Shown: piece by piece, positions 41,435 through 51,632 of the stretch
Position numbering within the stretch: the stretch's first letter is position 1
Layout: the number at the start of each line of letters is the position of its first letter
Assembly (NCBI GenBank): GCA_963760485.1
Contig: CAVXDP010000008.1
Location: 17,209 to 81,208, forward strand
From: Candidatus Bathyarchaeota archaeon
GTDB lineage: Archaea > Thermoproteota > Bathyarchaeia > 40CM-2-53-6 > CAVXDP01
Direction: 5' to 3'
Length of the DNA: 64,000 nt
Made by a program: the position numbers and the translations under genes
The notes under the pieces: model-generated
Seen by the model: only the letters and a program-made list of their open reading frames with translations
Database searches by the model: none
Told to the model about the DNA's origin: nothing

Positions 41435-42618
41435 TGTCTTCGCTGGGTAGTGTTTTCTGTCGAATAGGCTACTGGTCATCTGCATGATACAAAGGCCTAT
41501 CCAATGAATCTCTTATAAGGATCCTCATTAGAAGGCCTTTGTATCTCTTCTAAGCATCCTCATTGGAAGGCCTTTGTATCTCTTCTAAGCATCCTCATTG
41601 GAAGGCCTTTGTATCTCTTCTAAGCGATCCTCATTGGAAGGCCTTTATATCTCTTCTAAGCATCCTCATTGGAAGAGCCTTTGTATCTCTTCTAAGCATC
41701 CCATGGATGCTTAGAAGAGCATATGAAGGCCTTCCAAGCATCAAGGATCCTTAGAAGGCCTTTGTATACTATAAGCCTTCCAATGAATGCCTTGGATGCT
41801 TAGAAGAGCATATTAGAAGGCCTTCCAATGAATACAAAGGATCCTTTAGAAGAGCCTTCATATGCCTTCTAAGAATCCTCATTGGAAGGCCTTTGTATCT
41901 CTTCGAAGAGATCCTCATTGGAAGGCCTTTGTATCTCTTCAAAGGATCCTCATTGGAAGGCCTATTGTATCTCTTCGAAGCATCCTCAATGGAAGGCCTT
42001 TGAAGAGATACATAAGCCTTCCTCAATGAAAGGATGCTTAGAAGAGATACAGAGGCCTTCCAAAGAATACATGGATGCTTAGAAGAGATACAAAGGCCTT
42101 CCAATGAATACAAAGGATGCTTAGAAGAGATACAAAGGCCTTCCAAAGAATACAAAGGATGCTTAGAAGAGATACAAAGGCCTTCCAATGAATACAAAGG
42201 ATGCTTAGAAGAGATACAAAGGCCTTCCAATGAATACAATGGATGCTTAGAAGAGATACAAAGGCCTTCCAATGAATACAAAGGATGCTTAGAAGAGATA
42301 CAAAGGCCTTCCAATGATACAAAGGATGCTTAGAAGAGATACAAAGGCCTTCCAATGAATACAATGGATGCTTAGAAGAGATACAAAGCCTTCCAATGGA
42401 ATACAAAGGATGCTTAGAAGAGATACAAAGGCCTTCCAATGAATACAAAGGATGCTTAGAAGAGATACAAAGGCCTTCCAATGAATACAAAGGATGCTTA
42501 GAAGAGATACAAAGCCTTCCAATGAATACAAAGGATGCTTAGAAGAGATACAGAAGGCCTTTGTATCATGCAGATGACCGGTAGCCTATTCGACAGAAAA
42601 CACTACCCAGCGAAGACA
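41435..42618. repeat. Foldback-like element: 64-bp terminal inverted repeats enclosing 35-bp and 42-bp tandem arrays in alternating orientation
   Basis: 41435-41498 is the reverse complement of 42555-42618 with 1 mismatch; unit CATCCTCATTGGAAGGCCTTTGTATCTCTTCTAAG (~5 + ~4 copies) and inverted GGATGCTTAGAAGAGATACAAAGGCCTTCCAATGAATACAAA (~13 copies). Confidence 0.92.
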
Positions 42619-42753
42619 CTAGACGCCTTTTCTCCTACATAATCAGAAACCTTTCCCCTTACAAGAGAAATGTTATACTGGCCAGGCCTGATAGTCTAGG
42701 TTAGTCTTTGGAAGTGCCTATTCTTCCAAATCTCTTCAGGGACCTGAGATAAC

Positions 42754-44043
42754 ATGAAACCGAAAGCTGTGAACTTGCCATACTGGGGGTTTGTCAAGGA
42801 CCCTTTGTACGGCTACGTCCGTCTAACGGATACGGAGAGGCGTATAATCGATACAGAACCGGTTCAGAGATTAAGAAGGATAAGACAACTTTCTGGGGCT
42901 GAGTACGTTTACCCGGCAGCAAATCACACAAGGTTTGAACATGCGTTAGGAACAATGTACCTTGCCGGAGTCTTGGCCGAAGCCCTTCCAGTCGATCTCA
43001 CCAAAGAAGATGTGGAAAAGCTCAAGATAGCGGCGCTGCTCCACGACGTAGGCCACGGGCCGTTTTCCCACGTCTTCGACCAGTTTCTGATCAAGCATTA
43101 TGGAAAGACCCATGAAGACATGACATCATGGATAATCAAGAGTTCCAGAGCAAGAGATATTCTTGAAGACGAGGGATTGGACTCTTCTGATTTAGCAAGT
43201 TTGTCAGTGGGGAAACTACACGACAAACAGAGGCCATTTTTTGATCAGGTAGTGTCTAGTGCCGTCGACGTTGACAAGATGGATTTTATTCCAAGAGACT
43301 CGTATCATACTGGTGCAGGATACGGCCAAGCTGACGTCTTCAGACTAATCTACACGATGGGCGTCTTGGAAGGAAACCTTGCCGTGGGCGTGACTGCCCT
43401 CCCAACTTTAGAGACGTTTCTGCTGGCGAGGCTTGAATCATTTAGAGCGATCTACTTTCATCGTGCTTCACGTGCAGTGCAGATAATGCTGGTGAAGGCC
43501 TTGGAGCAGGCCAAGGATGAGATAGGAGTCATCGATTTCAAATCTCCAGAGAACTATCTCGGTCTGGACGACTACACCGTGTGGTCCATGCTCAAGAGAT
43601 GTGAAGAATCAAAGCAGATATTGCATGACATCGAAACGCGGCGCCTGCTGAAATGTGCGTTCGAGAAAACGTTCTTTACAAGAGATGAAACAGTGACCAG
43701 CCTGTTTACCAACGAAGCAGTCCGGCATCAGATTGAGATGGAGATAGCGCGAAAAGCAAACGTTGACCCCAACGAAGTCATTATAGACGTTCCTTCACTT
43801 CCATCAGTCCCATACTCTCACTCTATTGGATCAGAACCCATGGATGTACCTATTTATGACAACTCGCGAACTAGAGAAAAAGCACCCAAGAGACTTGCAG
43901 AAATCTCGAGGGTAATCGATGTTCTTCGCGTTATCATGAACATAATCAGAATCTACACTGACGAAGCAAAGAGAGACAAAGTAGCTCGATCGTCAAGAGA
44001 GGTCTTGGGAAATCTGCCGGCTGAAACGAAGATATCATACTAA
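42754..44043 (+). CDS. HD-domain phosphohydrolase (COG1078, SAMHD1/dNTPase-like)
   Basis: DPLYG, QRLRRIRQL, HTRFEHALG, LLHDVGHGPFSH, DVDKMD..RDSY. Confidence 0.92.
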   Translation: MKPKAVNLPYWGFVKDPLYGYVRLTDTERRIIDTEPVQRLRRIRQLSGAEYVYPAANHTRFEHALGTMYLAGVLAEALPVDLTKEDVEKLKIAALLHDVGHGPFSHVFDQFLIKHYGKTHEDMTSWIIKSSRARDILEDEGLDSSDLASLSVGKLHDKQRPFFDQVVSSAVDVDKMDFIPRDSYHTGAGYGQADVFRLIYTMGVLEGNLAVGVTALPTLETFLLARLESFRAIYFHRASRAVQIMLVKALEQAKDEIGVIDFKSPENYLGLDDYTVWSMLKRCEESKQILHDIETRRLLKCAFEKTFFTRDETVTSLFTNEAVRHQIEMEIARKANVDPNEVIIDVPSLPSVPYSHSIGSEPMDVPIYDNSRTREKAPKRLAEISRVIDVLRVIMNIIRIYTDEAKRDKVARSSREVLGNLPAETKISY

Positions 44044-44242
44044 TCAAGTTCGCAAGGATCAACCGGCAACACTGCTTAACAGACCGATAATGACTAGGCT
44101 GAATGATAAGTTATGTCTGTCTCACAAAAATTACCCTAAAAACAACCTCGGCGACATAATCCAAGATTTTCTTTGAACGACAAAATGTCCAAGCCTTCTG
44201 CAATCGTTACGGCCTTGAAGAGAAGAAAAATCCTTGGCCCTA

Positions 44243-44587
44243 TCAAGTTTTCGTCTTTCTTGAGACAACATCCTCCAACAACTTGGCGAATAGTCTCAAA
44301 GCTTCTCCCTCGGGCAGAGTTGTTCGCACCGAGACTAGGCTCATCTTTCCAAACGCCGCTGAAACCCTCTCTGCCAAGGCTCTGCTAACAAGCAAGTAGC
44401 GTCCTCCAATGAGGACAGAAGAAGTCCCAATATCCACGCCACTACCCGATCTGGGAAGGGCGAAAGCCACTGTTCCTAAAGTCATCTCGTTTTCAAAGAA
44501 AAAAGCGACAGTGGCATTGTCCATCTCAAGTAGACTTACCTTCAGCAAGATTCCGTCTCGCTTCAGTTCTGCCTCTTTAAAACTCAA
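44243..44587 (-). CDS. Proteasome assembly chaperone 4 (PAC4/PSMG4)-like protein
   Basis: LGTVAFALP...TSSVLIGG...SRALAERVSAAFGKMSLVSV parallels the PAC4 pattern L..LAVA...STSLLG...LA.RLA.K..K.VFVS. Confidence 0.6.
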   Translation of the reverse strand: MSFKEAELKRDGILLKVSLLEMDNATVAFFFENEMTLGTVAFALPRSGSGVDIGTSSVLIGGRYLLVSRALAERVSAAFGKMSLVSVRTTLPEGEALRLFAKLLEDVVSRKTKT

Positions 44588-44667
44588 CTTTCAATACCAT
44601 CCGGGTTCAATTTCAAAATCAACATATTAAAGTACTGTTAGTTAAGCGGGGAGGGGGGCTGAAGGCT

Positions 44668-45359
44668 TTGAGACTGGTTGTAATCTCCGATATACATGCG
44701 AACTATGATGCTCTTGCCGCAGTGCTTCAGAAAATTCGTGACTTTGATTACCTAGTATGTCTAGGCGACTTGGTTGGATACGGCCCCCAACCGAACGAGG
44801 TCGTAGAGCAGATTCGTGATCTGAACCTAGAAGTAATTATCATGGGAAACCATGACTATGCAACGGTCACAGCTGATACAATAAATTTCGTTACACATGC
44901 AGCTCGAGCGATAGAATGGACGCGTCAAACACTCAAACCAGAAAACCTACACTTTCTATCGAAACTTCCACATTATGCAACCAAGACTCTTGGTGAGACT
45001 GTTGTCGCTTCTTATCATGGTAGCCCGAGAGATCCTCTAAATGAGTACGTCTATCCGGGGGAGCCTCAGTTCATGTTTCAAGCCCTAGTTGAAGAAGCCG
45101 CCGAAAGTTGCTGCTCTTAGGCCATACGCATATACCATTCCACTCATCCACTCCCTCTGGAGTTGTTGTTAACCCAGGAAGCATTGGTCAGCCTCGAGAT
45201 GGAGACGCCCGCTCAAGTTATGCCACAATAGAAATATCGAATGGCAACATCAACTGTTCGATTGAAAGAACCTCATACGACATAGAGTCAGCAGCGGGCA
45301 AGATTGTTCAAAAAGGCCTGCCAACATTTCTCGCTGACAGGCTATTTCTCGGAATCTAA
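44668..45359 (+). CDS. Metallophosphoesterase (YfcE/PP-like), frameshift near 45105
   Basis: SDIHAN, GDLVGYG, GNHD, HGSP, GHTH, NPGSIGQPRDG. Confidence 0.9.
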
Positions 45360-45372
45360 TGTGACAGTTTTT

Positions 45373-46506
45373 TCACTCGAGATATGACAATTCGTTTCCA
45401 TGTTCGTCTATCTTGACGGCTCCAATCTCAACCTTAGAAAACCCTTTTGTCACAGGCGAGAAGACTTGGAATCCTTGTGAAACAATCTGCATTAGGACTC
45501 CTATGCCAAGGAGCCAATCATGATCGTCGAGTAGACCAACAAGTGAACCAACTAGTGACTGATCAACATCTTTAGGATTCACCATTTTCCCATCGCTGCG
45601 AAACACCTGAACCTTGTCAGCATTGACTGTTGAAAGCTTCCCATCTGTAAGGAATCTTCTGTACCCAAATTCTCTAAGTTGTTTTCTTTGATCCCTGCTC
45701 CTTCTTAGGACAGTGCTTGGCGAGCTTATTTGAAAAGATGAGGTCTTGGTCAGTTGCAGAAGGGGTTTGATCTCACTCTCCTTGCCTATTCCGACAACAT
45801 AGTCTGGTTCAATCGAATCAATAATGAGTTTCTTGTAGATGACTGCCTGATCGTCCAAGACCCATCCATCCGTGTTAACTACTAGCATGTCAACTTTCTT
45901 CGCATTGTTCAATAGTTTCTCGATTCCATCGATTACTCTGAGGGTGACCGGTTCAGGGCTAATATACCCTATGAAGTACAGAAGGGCAGGAGTTACTTCC
46001 GACAAGCTCACAAGATGGCTTTCAACAATTCCATATCCAATAGTTGCCGGTGGCCCTATGTCTGATTGGCCAAGATCAGCATCAAGGATTCCAGTCTTCA
46101 TCCCAGATTCTAGAGCGAGGTTAGCCAAGATCGTGCAGAAAGCACTCTTACCATTGTCAACATTTCCTACAACTACGGCTTTCCCTCTTCCAGTTTCCAA
46201 TATCGTCTGCGCAGTTTCCATCCAAGAATCAGGGACGCCATTTCCATCGATCTCACTGCATGTAGCAGAACTTGAAAGGTAGCAATCCAGCGTAGAGTCT
46301 TCTATCGCTTCTACCGGAAGCTGTTTTCCTTCAACTACGTCAATCCGACGTCCATTGTCCAATGGAGAAGCATAGATAGTTGCTTTGCCATCAATCAATT
46401 CTATCATTGATGGACCCGAAACTAGGAGAGTTCTCCCAGCCTTGACAATGATCTGCTTTCTTTCGAATGCAGATCTTGCTTTCGAATACTCAAATCGTTC
46501 GTTCAT
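45373..46506 (-). CDS. Clp1/Grc3-family polynucleotide 5'-kinase
   Basis: GNVDNGKS P-loop, DADLGQSDIGPP, NTDGW, RSRDQRKQLRE. Confidence 0.88.
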   Translation of the reverse strand: MNERFEYSKARSAFERKQIIVKAGRTLLVSGPSMIELIDGKATIYASPLDNGRRIDVVEGKQLPVEAIEDSTLDCYLSSSATCSEIDGNGVPDSWMETAQTILETGRGKAVVVGNVDNGKSAFCTILANLALESGMKTGILDADLGQSDIGPPATIGYGIVESHLVSLSEVTPALLYFIGYISPEPVTLRVIDGIEKLLNNAKKVDMLVVNTDGWVLDDQAVIYKKLIIDSIEPDYVVGIGKESEIKPLLQLTKTSSFQISSPSTVLRRSRDQRKQLREFGYRRFLTDGKLSTVNADKVQVFRSDGKMVNPKDVDQSLVGSLVGLLDDHDWLLGIGVLMQIVSQGFQVFSPVTKGFSKVEIGAVKIDEHGNELSYLE

Positions 46507-46531
46507 CTAGATAGTCAACTGGAGACAGGTA

Positions 46532-47473
46532 TCACTTACGCTTCCTTGATCTGCTTCTCTGCATTGCTGCAAGAACCATCATTGGAAAGATTATCGTTGC
46601 GTCGCCTAATACCGTCGCTAGATTACCTTTATTCGCTATCTTATTCCAGCTTATAGCCTCTTCAAGTGGGGCCCCACTCAGTCCTCCAGCTTCTGGACGA
46701 TCAAAAGTAATTTGGATGGCAGCATCAACTCCACCACGCAATATGTTGGCGGCTAGAACGTGATGTTTTGGTAATCCCCCGCCCAAAATTATGACTCCGA
46801 CCTTGTCTGCTTCGTAGGACATGTCGACGAGCTTGCTGAAATCGAGGAAGGGATTTATCCTAAGGGGTTTTGTTTGACTGAAGGTCCACAGGTTCATTCC
46901 AAGCATTGAATCATAGATTCCCGGACAGAAAATCGGCACAGTTCTAAGCATAGCGGTTCGAACGATAGAATCATCATCTCGGATCCGTTTACCAAATTCC
47001 CAGAGTAATTCGTAAGTAGAAATGTTCTTTCGTTTCTGTTCATCAATGTCCGGAAGAATCCTATACACTTCTTTCTCAAGTTTCTGATAGGCACTCTGAC
47101 TAACGTAGATGTCATATATCCGACCAATCTTCCGTCTTCTAAGCGTCGCATCATCGGCAGATGACATCCCAACGGTGTGACTGCAGCCTAAAGCTTCGAT
47201 CAGGTCATGTGTGACATTTGCACCGGTAGTTACAATCGCATCCAAAATGCGGTCATGAATGAGATCGCGAATAATCTGTCTCATGCCAGCTGGAACAAGC
47301 GGTCCTGCTAGGGTCAAGATGTTCGTGTATCGTTCGTTAGAAAATAGCTCTGAACATATGTCAACCGCCGATGAGAATCTGCCGGCACCCAGAACTCCAG
47401 ACCTACGCATTTCTTGCGCTAGGTCGCTTGTCGTCATTCCAGCTTGAAGTTTTATCTGCCTAATGCGACGCAT
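46532..47473 (-). CDS. dys: Deoxyhypusine synthase
   Basis: TTGAN..HD, RIYD, GGGLPKHH, GGLSGA..EAISWNK, GDATI; adjacent to aIF5A. Confidence 0.93.
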   Translation of the reverse strand: MRRIRQIKLQAGMTTSDLAQEMRRSGVLGAGRFSSAVDICSELFSNERYTNILTLAGPLVPAGMRQIIRDLIHDRILDAIVTTGANVTHDLIEALGCSHTVGMSSADDATLRRRKIGRIYDIYVSQSAYQKLEKEVYRILPDIDEQKRKNISTYELLWEFGKRIRDDDSIVRTAMLRTVPIFCPGIYDSMLGMNLWTFSQTKPLRINPFLDFSKLVDMSYEADKVGVIILGGGLPKHHVLAANILRGGVDAAIQITFDRPEAGGLSGAPLEEAISWNKIANKGNLATVLGDATIIFPMMVLAAMQRSRSRKRK

Positions 47474-47511
47474 CGAAGCGACCTTTGCTGTTCACTCAAC
47501 AACTGAGCACT

Positions 47512-47907
47512 CTAGCCCTTTACTCTGACTATCTTGTTCTTGCCAAGCATGTTCCAGTATTCGACTTCAGCTCCTGAGATAAGTTTTCCCTGAAACTCAT
47601 CATCTTTAGGCATCTCAGTATCAAAAGTCTGGTATGTTTCCATATCCATCAACTGAAGCATATTTCCGCTAACTGAGATCACTTGTGCTGTCCTCTTCTC
47701 AATCATGGGAACCTCTATCTTTCCGTCTACGGGGCTTATGACATTCTTCTTCTGTCCAGTTAGAGCAGAGATACCGACTATCCTCGCCTTGGCCGCGCCA
47801 TGTTTTCCAGGTTTGGATTTTTCGTATTCAACTATCTTGCAGGGCTCTTCATCAATCACAATATAGTGACCAACCTTGAGGCTCCCGACATCAACCGGTT
47901 TACTCAT
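47512..47907 (-). CDS. eif5a: Translation factor aIF5A
   Basis: Hypusine motif SKPGKHGAAK; QLMDMETY. Confidence 0.96.
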   Translation of the reverse strand: MSKPVDVGSLKVGHYIVIDEEPCKIVEYEKSKPGKHGAAKARIVGISALTGQKKNVISPVDGKIEVPMIEKRTAQVISVSGNMLQLMDMETYQTFDTEMPKDDEFQGKLISGAEVEYWNMLGKNKIVRVKG

Positions 47908-48015
47908 TTCAATCGCCAATCGAATATACGATTACAGCTAGACTTTCTGTATTCACAGGGCAGATCTATATAAGATCAGGAGTCTCTCGAAATCTGTCTT
48001 GTCGGACTAACTACC

Positions 48016-48414
48016 TCATTTCTGCCTAGGTAGATGAATCTCAAGGATTCCCCGTTTGAGTTTGTAAGTCATACCTTCTTCATTGACTGGAACTGGCATA
48101 CGAAGTACACTATGATACGAACTGAACTCGCTCTTTCTGTGTTTTACCCCCAATTCGTGTAGACGAATCTTCTGTTTCGTGCTCGCTTGCACCTCAATAA
48201 TGTCATCTGCCTTCACGCTGACTTGAACAGCGTTTGGATCAACGAATGGTAGGTCCATTGTGACAACTACTTCCGTGGCTCCGAGTATGATGTCTGAAAG
48301 TGGCTCTATGGTGGAGCGTGTCTCGTTCCATCCACCTGTAAGCATTCTCTCCGTTATCTGCTCGGTTCTTCTAAGATAGTCTGAAAAATTCAACTTTTTT
48401 CTTTCTTTACTCAT
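48016..48414 (-). CDS. Hsp20/alpha-crystallin family small heat-shock protein
   Basis: EPLSDI, VVVTMDLPFV, LKRGILEIHLP. Confidence 0.8.
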   Translation of the reverse strand: MSKERKKLNFSDYLRRTEQITERMLTGGWNETRSTIEPLSDIILGATEVVVTMDLPFVDPNAVQVSVKADDIIEVQASTKQKIRLHELGVKHRKSEFSSYHSVLRMPVPVNEEGMTYKLKRGILEIHLPRQK

Positions 48415-48423
48415 AAGGCAACA

Positions 48424-49200
48424 CTACCCGTATAGAGGAGGAACATCACATTCCTGAGACTTGTTGATCCTCGCCATCTCGGTCTGAGTTCGCTTCATGA
48501 AGTCTTTGCTTCGTAGCCTAATCTCTTCCCCCTTATGCAAAAGCTCAGAAGTACCGACATTCAATCCTAGAATCATATTCACTGATTTCACGGCAGCCGC
48601 AGCAGCTTCAGGGTCTGGATAATTGTAAAAGGACTGCGTCAGAAGGGCAATCGCGGAAAGTCCGATCTCGGCACACTTCTTTAGCATCAATGCGTAGGCG
48701 CCTACGATGTATCCCTCACCGAGGATCTCCGCTGCACCATTGACTAGTTTTGAGAGCTTCCTATCAGAAAGAGCTGCAAAGACTTTGGGAACTTCGATGT
48801 CTTGACGGTTTTGCACAGCCATACCGCCTAATGACAATACTAGGTCTGCGCCTTTGGAAAATGACCAGTTCACTATTGCTTCTGAAATTGGATAGACCGC
48901 GCCTGCAGGTATGGCGGTCTCAGCGATCATTACGGCTAATTTCTCTTTTGCATAGATTCGAATTGGCGATTTAGGAACGCCATCATGAAGAACAACGAGA
49001 GGTGGAAACAACTCAGACTCCACAGTCCCAATCTCTTTCATCCCAAGTGATGAGACTATTTGTGATCCGGCAACGACTCCCACTAGTCCGACGTCAGGGA
49101 GGCCAGTCATAAGAGTGAACTTGCGTGGCAAGGGGGCGTTCTGAACGATTCTCACCGGCTCCATATCGTGACCCTGAGGTCGTGTTTCTCTTCTGGGCAT
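48424..49200 (-). CDS. PAC2-family proteasome assembly chaperone
   Basis: GLPDVGLVG, PIRIY, SLGG, YPDPEAAA, C-terminal LYG (HbYX-like). Confidence 0.88.
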   Translation of the reverse strand: MPRRETRPQGHDMEPVRIVQNAPLPRKFTLMTGLPDVGLVGVVAGSQIVSSLGMKEIGTVESELFPPLVVLHDGVPKSPIRIYAKEKLAVMIAETAIPAGAVYPISEAIVNWSFSKGADLVLSLGGMAVQNRQDIEVPKVFAALSDRKLSKLVNGAAEILGEGYIVGAYALMLKKCAEIGLSAIALLTQSFYNYPDPEAAAAAVKSVNMILGLNVGTSELLHKGEEIRLRSKDFMKRTQTEMARINKSQECDVPPLYG

Positions 49201-49407
49201 GTCTCTATCGAAAACTCCTATACTCTATGCGTAGAGTCAGAGTATAGTTCATTTAAGGTTGATGTGCATTTTCTTGTCATCAGACACTGAAACTGTTTTT
49301 TTTCGGAGAATTCGACTTCTGTCTTGTTGCAGACAATCAAGGTTTAAGAGGTTCAGACATGTTTTCTTCATCGTATTACTTTGGCGTAGAACTGTTGGGA
49401 AAATCCG

Positions 49408-50742
49408 ATGAGTGCACTTGAAAGCCTAGCAAAGTCTCTGAGTGACTCTGTAAAGAAACTCTTGAGACTGCCCGTGGTTGATGAAGCCGCTATCAAGGAA
49501 CTGGTTAAGGATCTTCAGAGAGCTTTGCTTCAGGCCGACGTGAATTTGAATCTTGTTCTAGAAATATCGAAGAATGTTGAGGAGAGATCGATTAAGGAGG
49601 TTCTTCCACCAGGGATTTCCAGAAGGGAGCATGTTGTTAAGGTCCTGTATGAGGAATTGACGAAGTTCCTGGGAGAGGAGCCCGCTAAGACTGATCTACA
49701 AGAGGGGAAATCCAACGTCATCATGCTGGTGGGCATTCAGGGAACAGGCAAGACGACTGGAGCTGTCAAGATCGCGAGGTATTACCAAAAGAGAGGTCTG
49801 AAAGCAGGCGTTGTCTGCGCTGATGTCTATCGTCCCGGCGCTTTCGAGCAACTGAAGCAGACGGCTGATAAGGTCGGGGTAACGGTCTATGGAGATCCTG
49901 GTGAGAAGAATCCTGAGAGAATCACGAGGGATGGAGTCGAGAAGCTAAGGTCAGAAAAGTTCGATGTCATTCTGATAGATACTGCTGGAAGACACAAAGA
50001 TGAGAAAGCTCTGATGGAAGAGATGAAGAGACTTTCCAAAGTAGTCAATCCTGATGAGATTCTTCTTGCAATTGACGGTACAATTGGACAACAAGCGATG
50101 GCGCACGCCAAGGCATTCAACGATGCAAGCACAATCGGTTCAATTTATGTTACGAAACTTGATGGGTCTGCAAAAGGTGGAGGCGCCCTTTCAGCTGTAG
50201 CCGCAACGGGTGCAAAAATAAAATTTGTTGGAACAGGTGAGAAGACTGAAGATATTGAACAGTTCATTCCATCCAACTTTGTGGGCCGGCTCCTGGGAAT
50301 GGGTGATCTTCAAGCTCTGCTGGATCGTGTGAAAGATGCTGAAGTGAACATCCCTGATGCTAAGATGAAGGCCTTCATGCAAGGGCGTTTTACACTCAGC
50401 GACCTCTATCACCAGATGGAGGGCCTACGTCGAATGGGGCCCTTGAGAAAGGTATGGAAGATGATGCCGGGAGGCATTAATGTACCTGACGATCAGATCG
50501 AGATAGCTGAGAAGAGACTTGATGATTGGAGAGTAATCATACAATCAATGCGAAAAGACGAAGTAGAGGATCCGAAGCTGATAGACTCTTCAAGAGCTCG
50601 CAGAATCGCTAGAGGTTCCGGAAAGGGCGATCGAGACGTCAAGGAGCTCGTGAACCAGTACTTCATGATGAAGAAGATGATGAAATCTCTAAAGAGACGT
50701 CAGCTAACTCTTGGGAAGAGAATGCCCTTTGCTGCCCAATAG
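49408..50742 (+). CDS. srp54: Signal recognition particle protein SRP54
   Basis: [34 protein letters not shown], Met-rich M domain. Confidence 0.97.
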   Translation: MSALESLAKSLSDSVKKLLRLPVVDEAAIKELVKDLQRALLQADVNLNLVLEISKNVEERSIKEVLPPGISRREHVVKVLYEELTKFLGEEPAKTDLQEGKSNVIMLVGIQGTGKTTGAVKIARYYQKRGLKAGVVCADVYRPGAFEQLKQTADKVGVTVYGDPGEKNPERITRDGVEKLRSEKFDVILIDTAGRHKDEKALMEEMKRLSKVVNPDEILLAIDGTIGQQAMAHAKAFNDASTIGSIYVTKLDGSAKGGGALSAVAATGAKIKFVGTGEKTEDIEQFIPSNFVGRLLGMGDLQALLDRVKDAEVNIPDAKMKAFMQGRFTLSDLYHQMEGLRRMGPLRKVWKMMPGGINVPDDQIEIAEKRLDDWRVIIQSMRKDEVEDPKLIDSSRARRIARGSGKGDRDVKELVNQYFMMKKMMKSLKRRQLTLGKRMPFAAQ

Positions 50743-50802
50743 AGGAATACCCATATAAGCCATCCCGCTTCTGCAGTAGACGCACTACCGAAAGATTGAG
50801 CA

Positions 50803-51105
50803 ATGGTGGACCCTTTGGTTAAGAAATCTACCGGATACCGTTCTAGAACGAGAGCACTGTTTCGAAAGAACCCTAGGGAGAAAGGCAAGTTGGGTTTGAG
50901 TAGGATACTTAGAGCCTACAAGGCTGGGGACAAGGTTTGTGTAACAATTGATCCAAGCGTGCACAAAGGCATGCCTCACAGAAGATTTCAAGGCAGAGTC
51001 TGTGTAATCGAAGGAAAACGTGGCAGAGCCTATGTGGTTAGTCTAACAATAGGCAACAAAGAAAGAAGTCTGATAGTAAGACCGGAACACATTACTCCAA
51101 TGTGA
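50803..51105 (+). CDS. rpl21e: 50S ribosomal protein L21e
   Basis: GYRSRTR, DPSVHKGMPHRRFQG, VRPEH. Confidence 0.96.
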   Translation: MVDPLVKKSTGYRSRTRALFRKNPREKGKLGLSRILRAYKAGDKVCVTIDPSVHKGMPHRRFQGRVCVIEGKRGRAYVVSLTIGNKERSLIVRPEHITPM

Positions 51106-51115
51106 GTGAGCGATA

Positions 51116-51454
51116 ATGCCGCGAAAAGTGATTGAGGAGAAGAGAGTTGCAGTAGCAGATGCTAGAAAGGTCCTTGAGAAAGCAAAACCGGAAGAACTAG
51201 GCGAATTTCAAAGACGCACACTGGACTATACGGTGAAGTTTTCGAAACTGCCTGGACAAGAAGCATCGAAACTTACGGATACATTGGTTAGCCAGTTCAA
51301 GCTTGAAAGATCTGACGCCATACAGATTGTCAACTGTATGCCAAACACGGCAGAAGAGCTAAGGGCTATCCTCGCGGTCAAGGGTCGGCTAATCCCCATC
51401 ACTCAGCTGGATGATGTTCTGAAAGTAGTCAACAATCATCGCAAGGCAGAGTAG
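51116..51454 (+). CDS. rpoF: RNA polymerase subunit F (Rpo4)
   Basis: QRRTLDY..KFSKL, AIQIVNCMP..EELRAIL; conserved position after rpl21e. Confidence 0.9.
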   Translation: MPRKVIEEKRVAVADARKVLEKAKPEELGEFQRRTLDYTVKFSKLPGQEASKLTDTLVSQFKLERSDAIQIVNCMPNTAEELRAILAVKGRLIPITQLDDVLKVVNNHRKAE

Positions 51455-51632
51455 CGCGGTTTCGTTCGCAACCTATTTTAACTTCAACGGGATCTACTTT
51501 TAGCGGAAAAGTGATGGTGGATTCTATGCTGCTCAACCCGACGTCAGGTGGGACTGAAAGACCACTAGATCACAGAGTGGAAACACTGAATCCATTCGAA
51601 TAGTTTCTGAACCCAAGAAGGGAGCAAGAAAG

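Noticed and set aside
41563..42531. Repeat-protein ORFs (CLEEIQRPSNEYKG / EGLCISSKHPLYSL)
   Set aside because: They are open on both strands and in several frames simply because the unit is 42 bp; there is no credible start context and indels break the frames.
41499..42554. CRISPR array
   Set aside because: Units are head-to-tail with no unique spacers, orientation flips, and no cas genes are in the window.
51540..51590. Hammerhead ribozyme or box C/D sRNA
   Set aside because: CTGAAAGA is not CUGANGA and stem I cannot form; box C and C' motifs and guide spacing do not fit.
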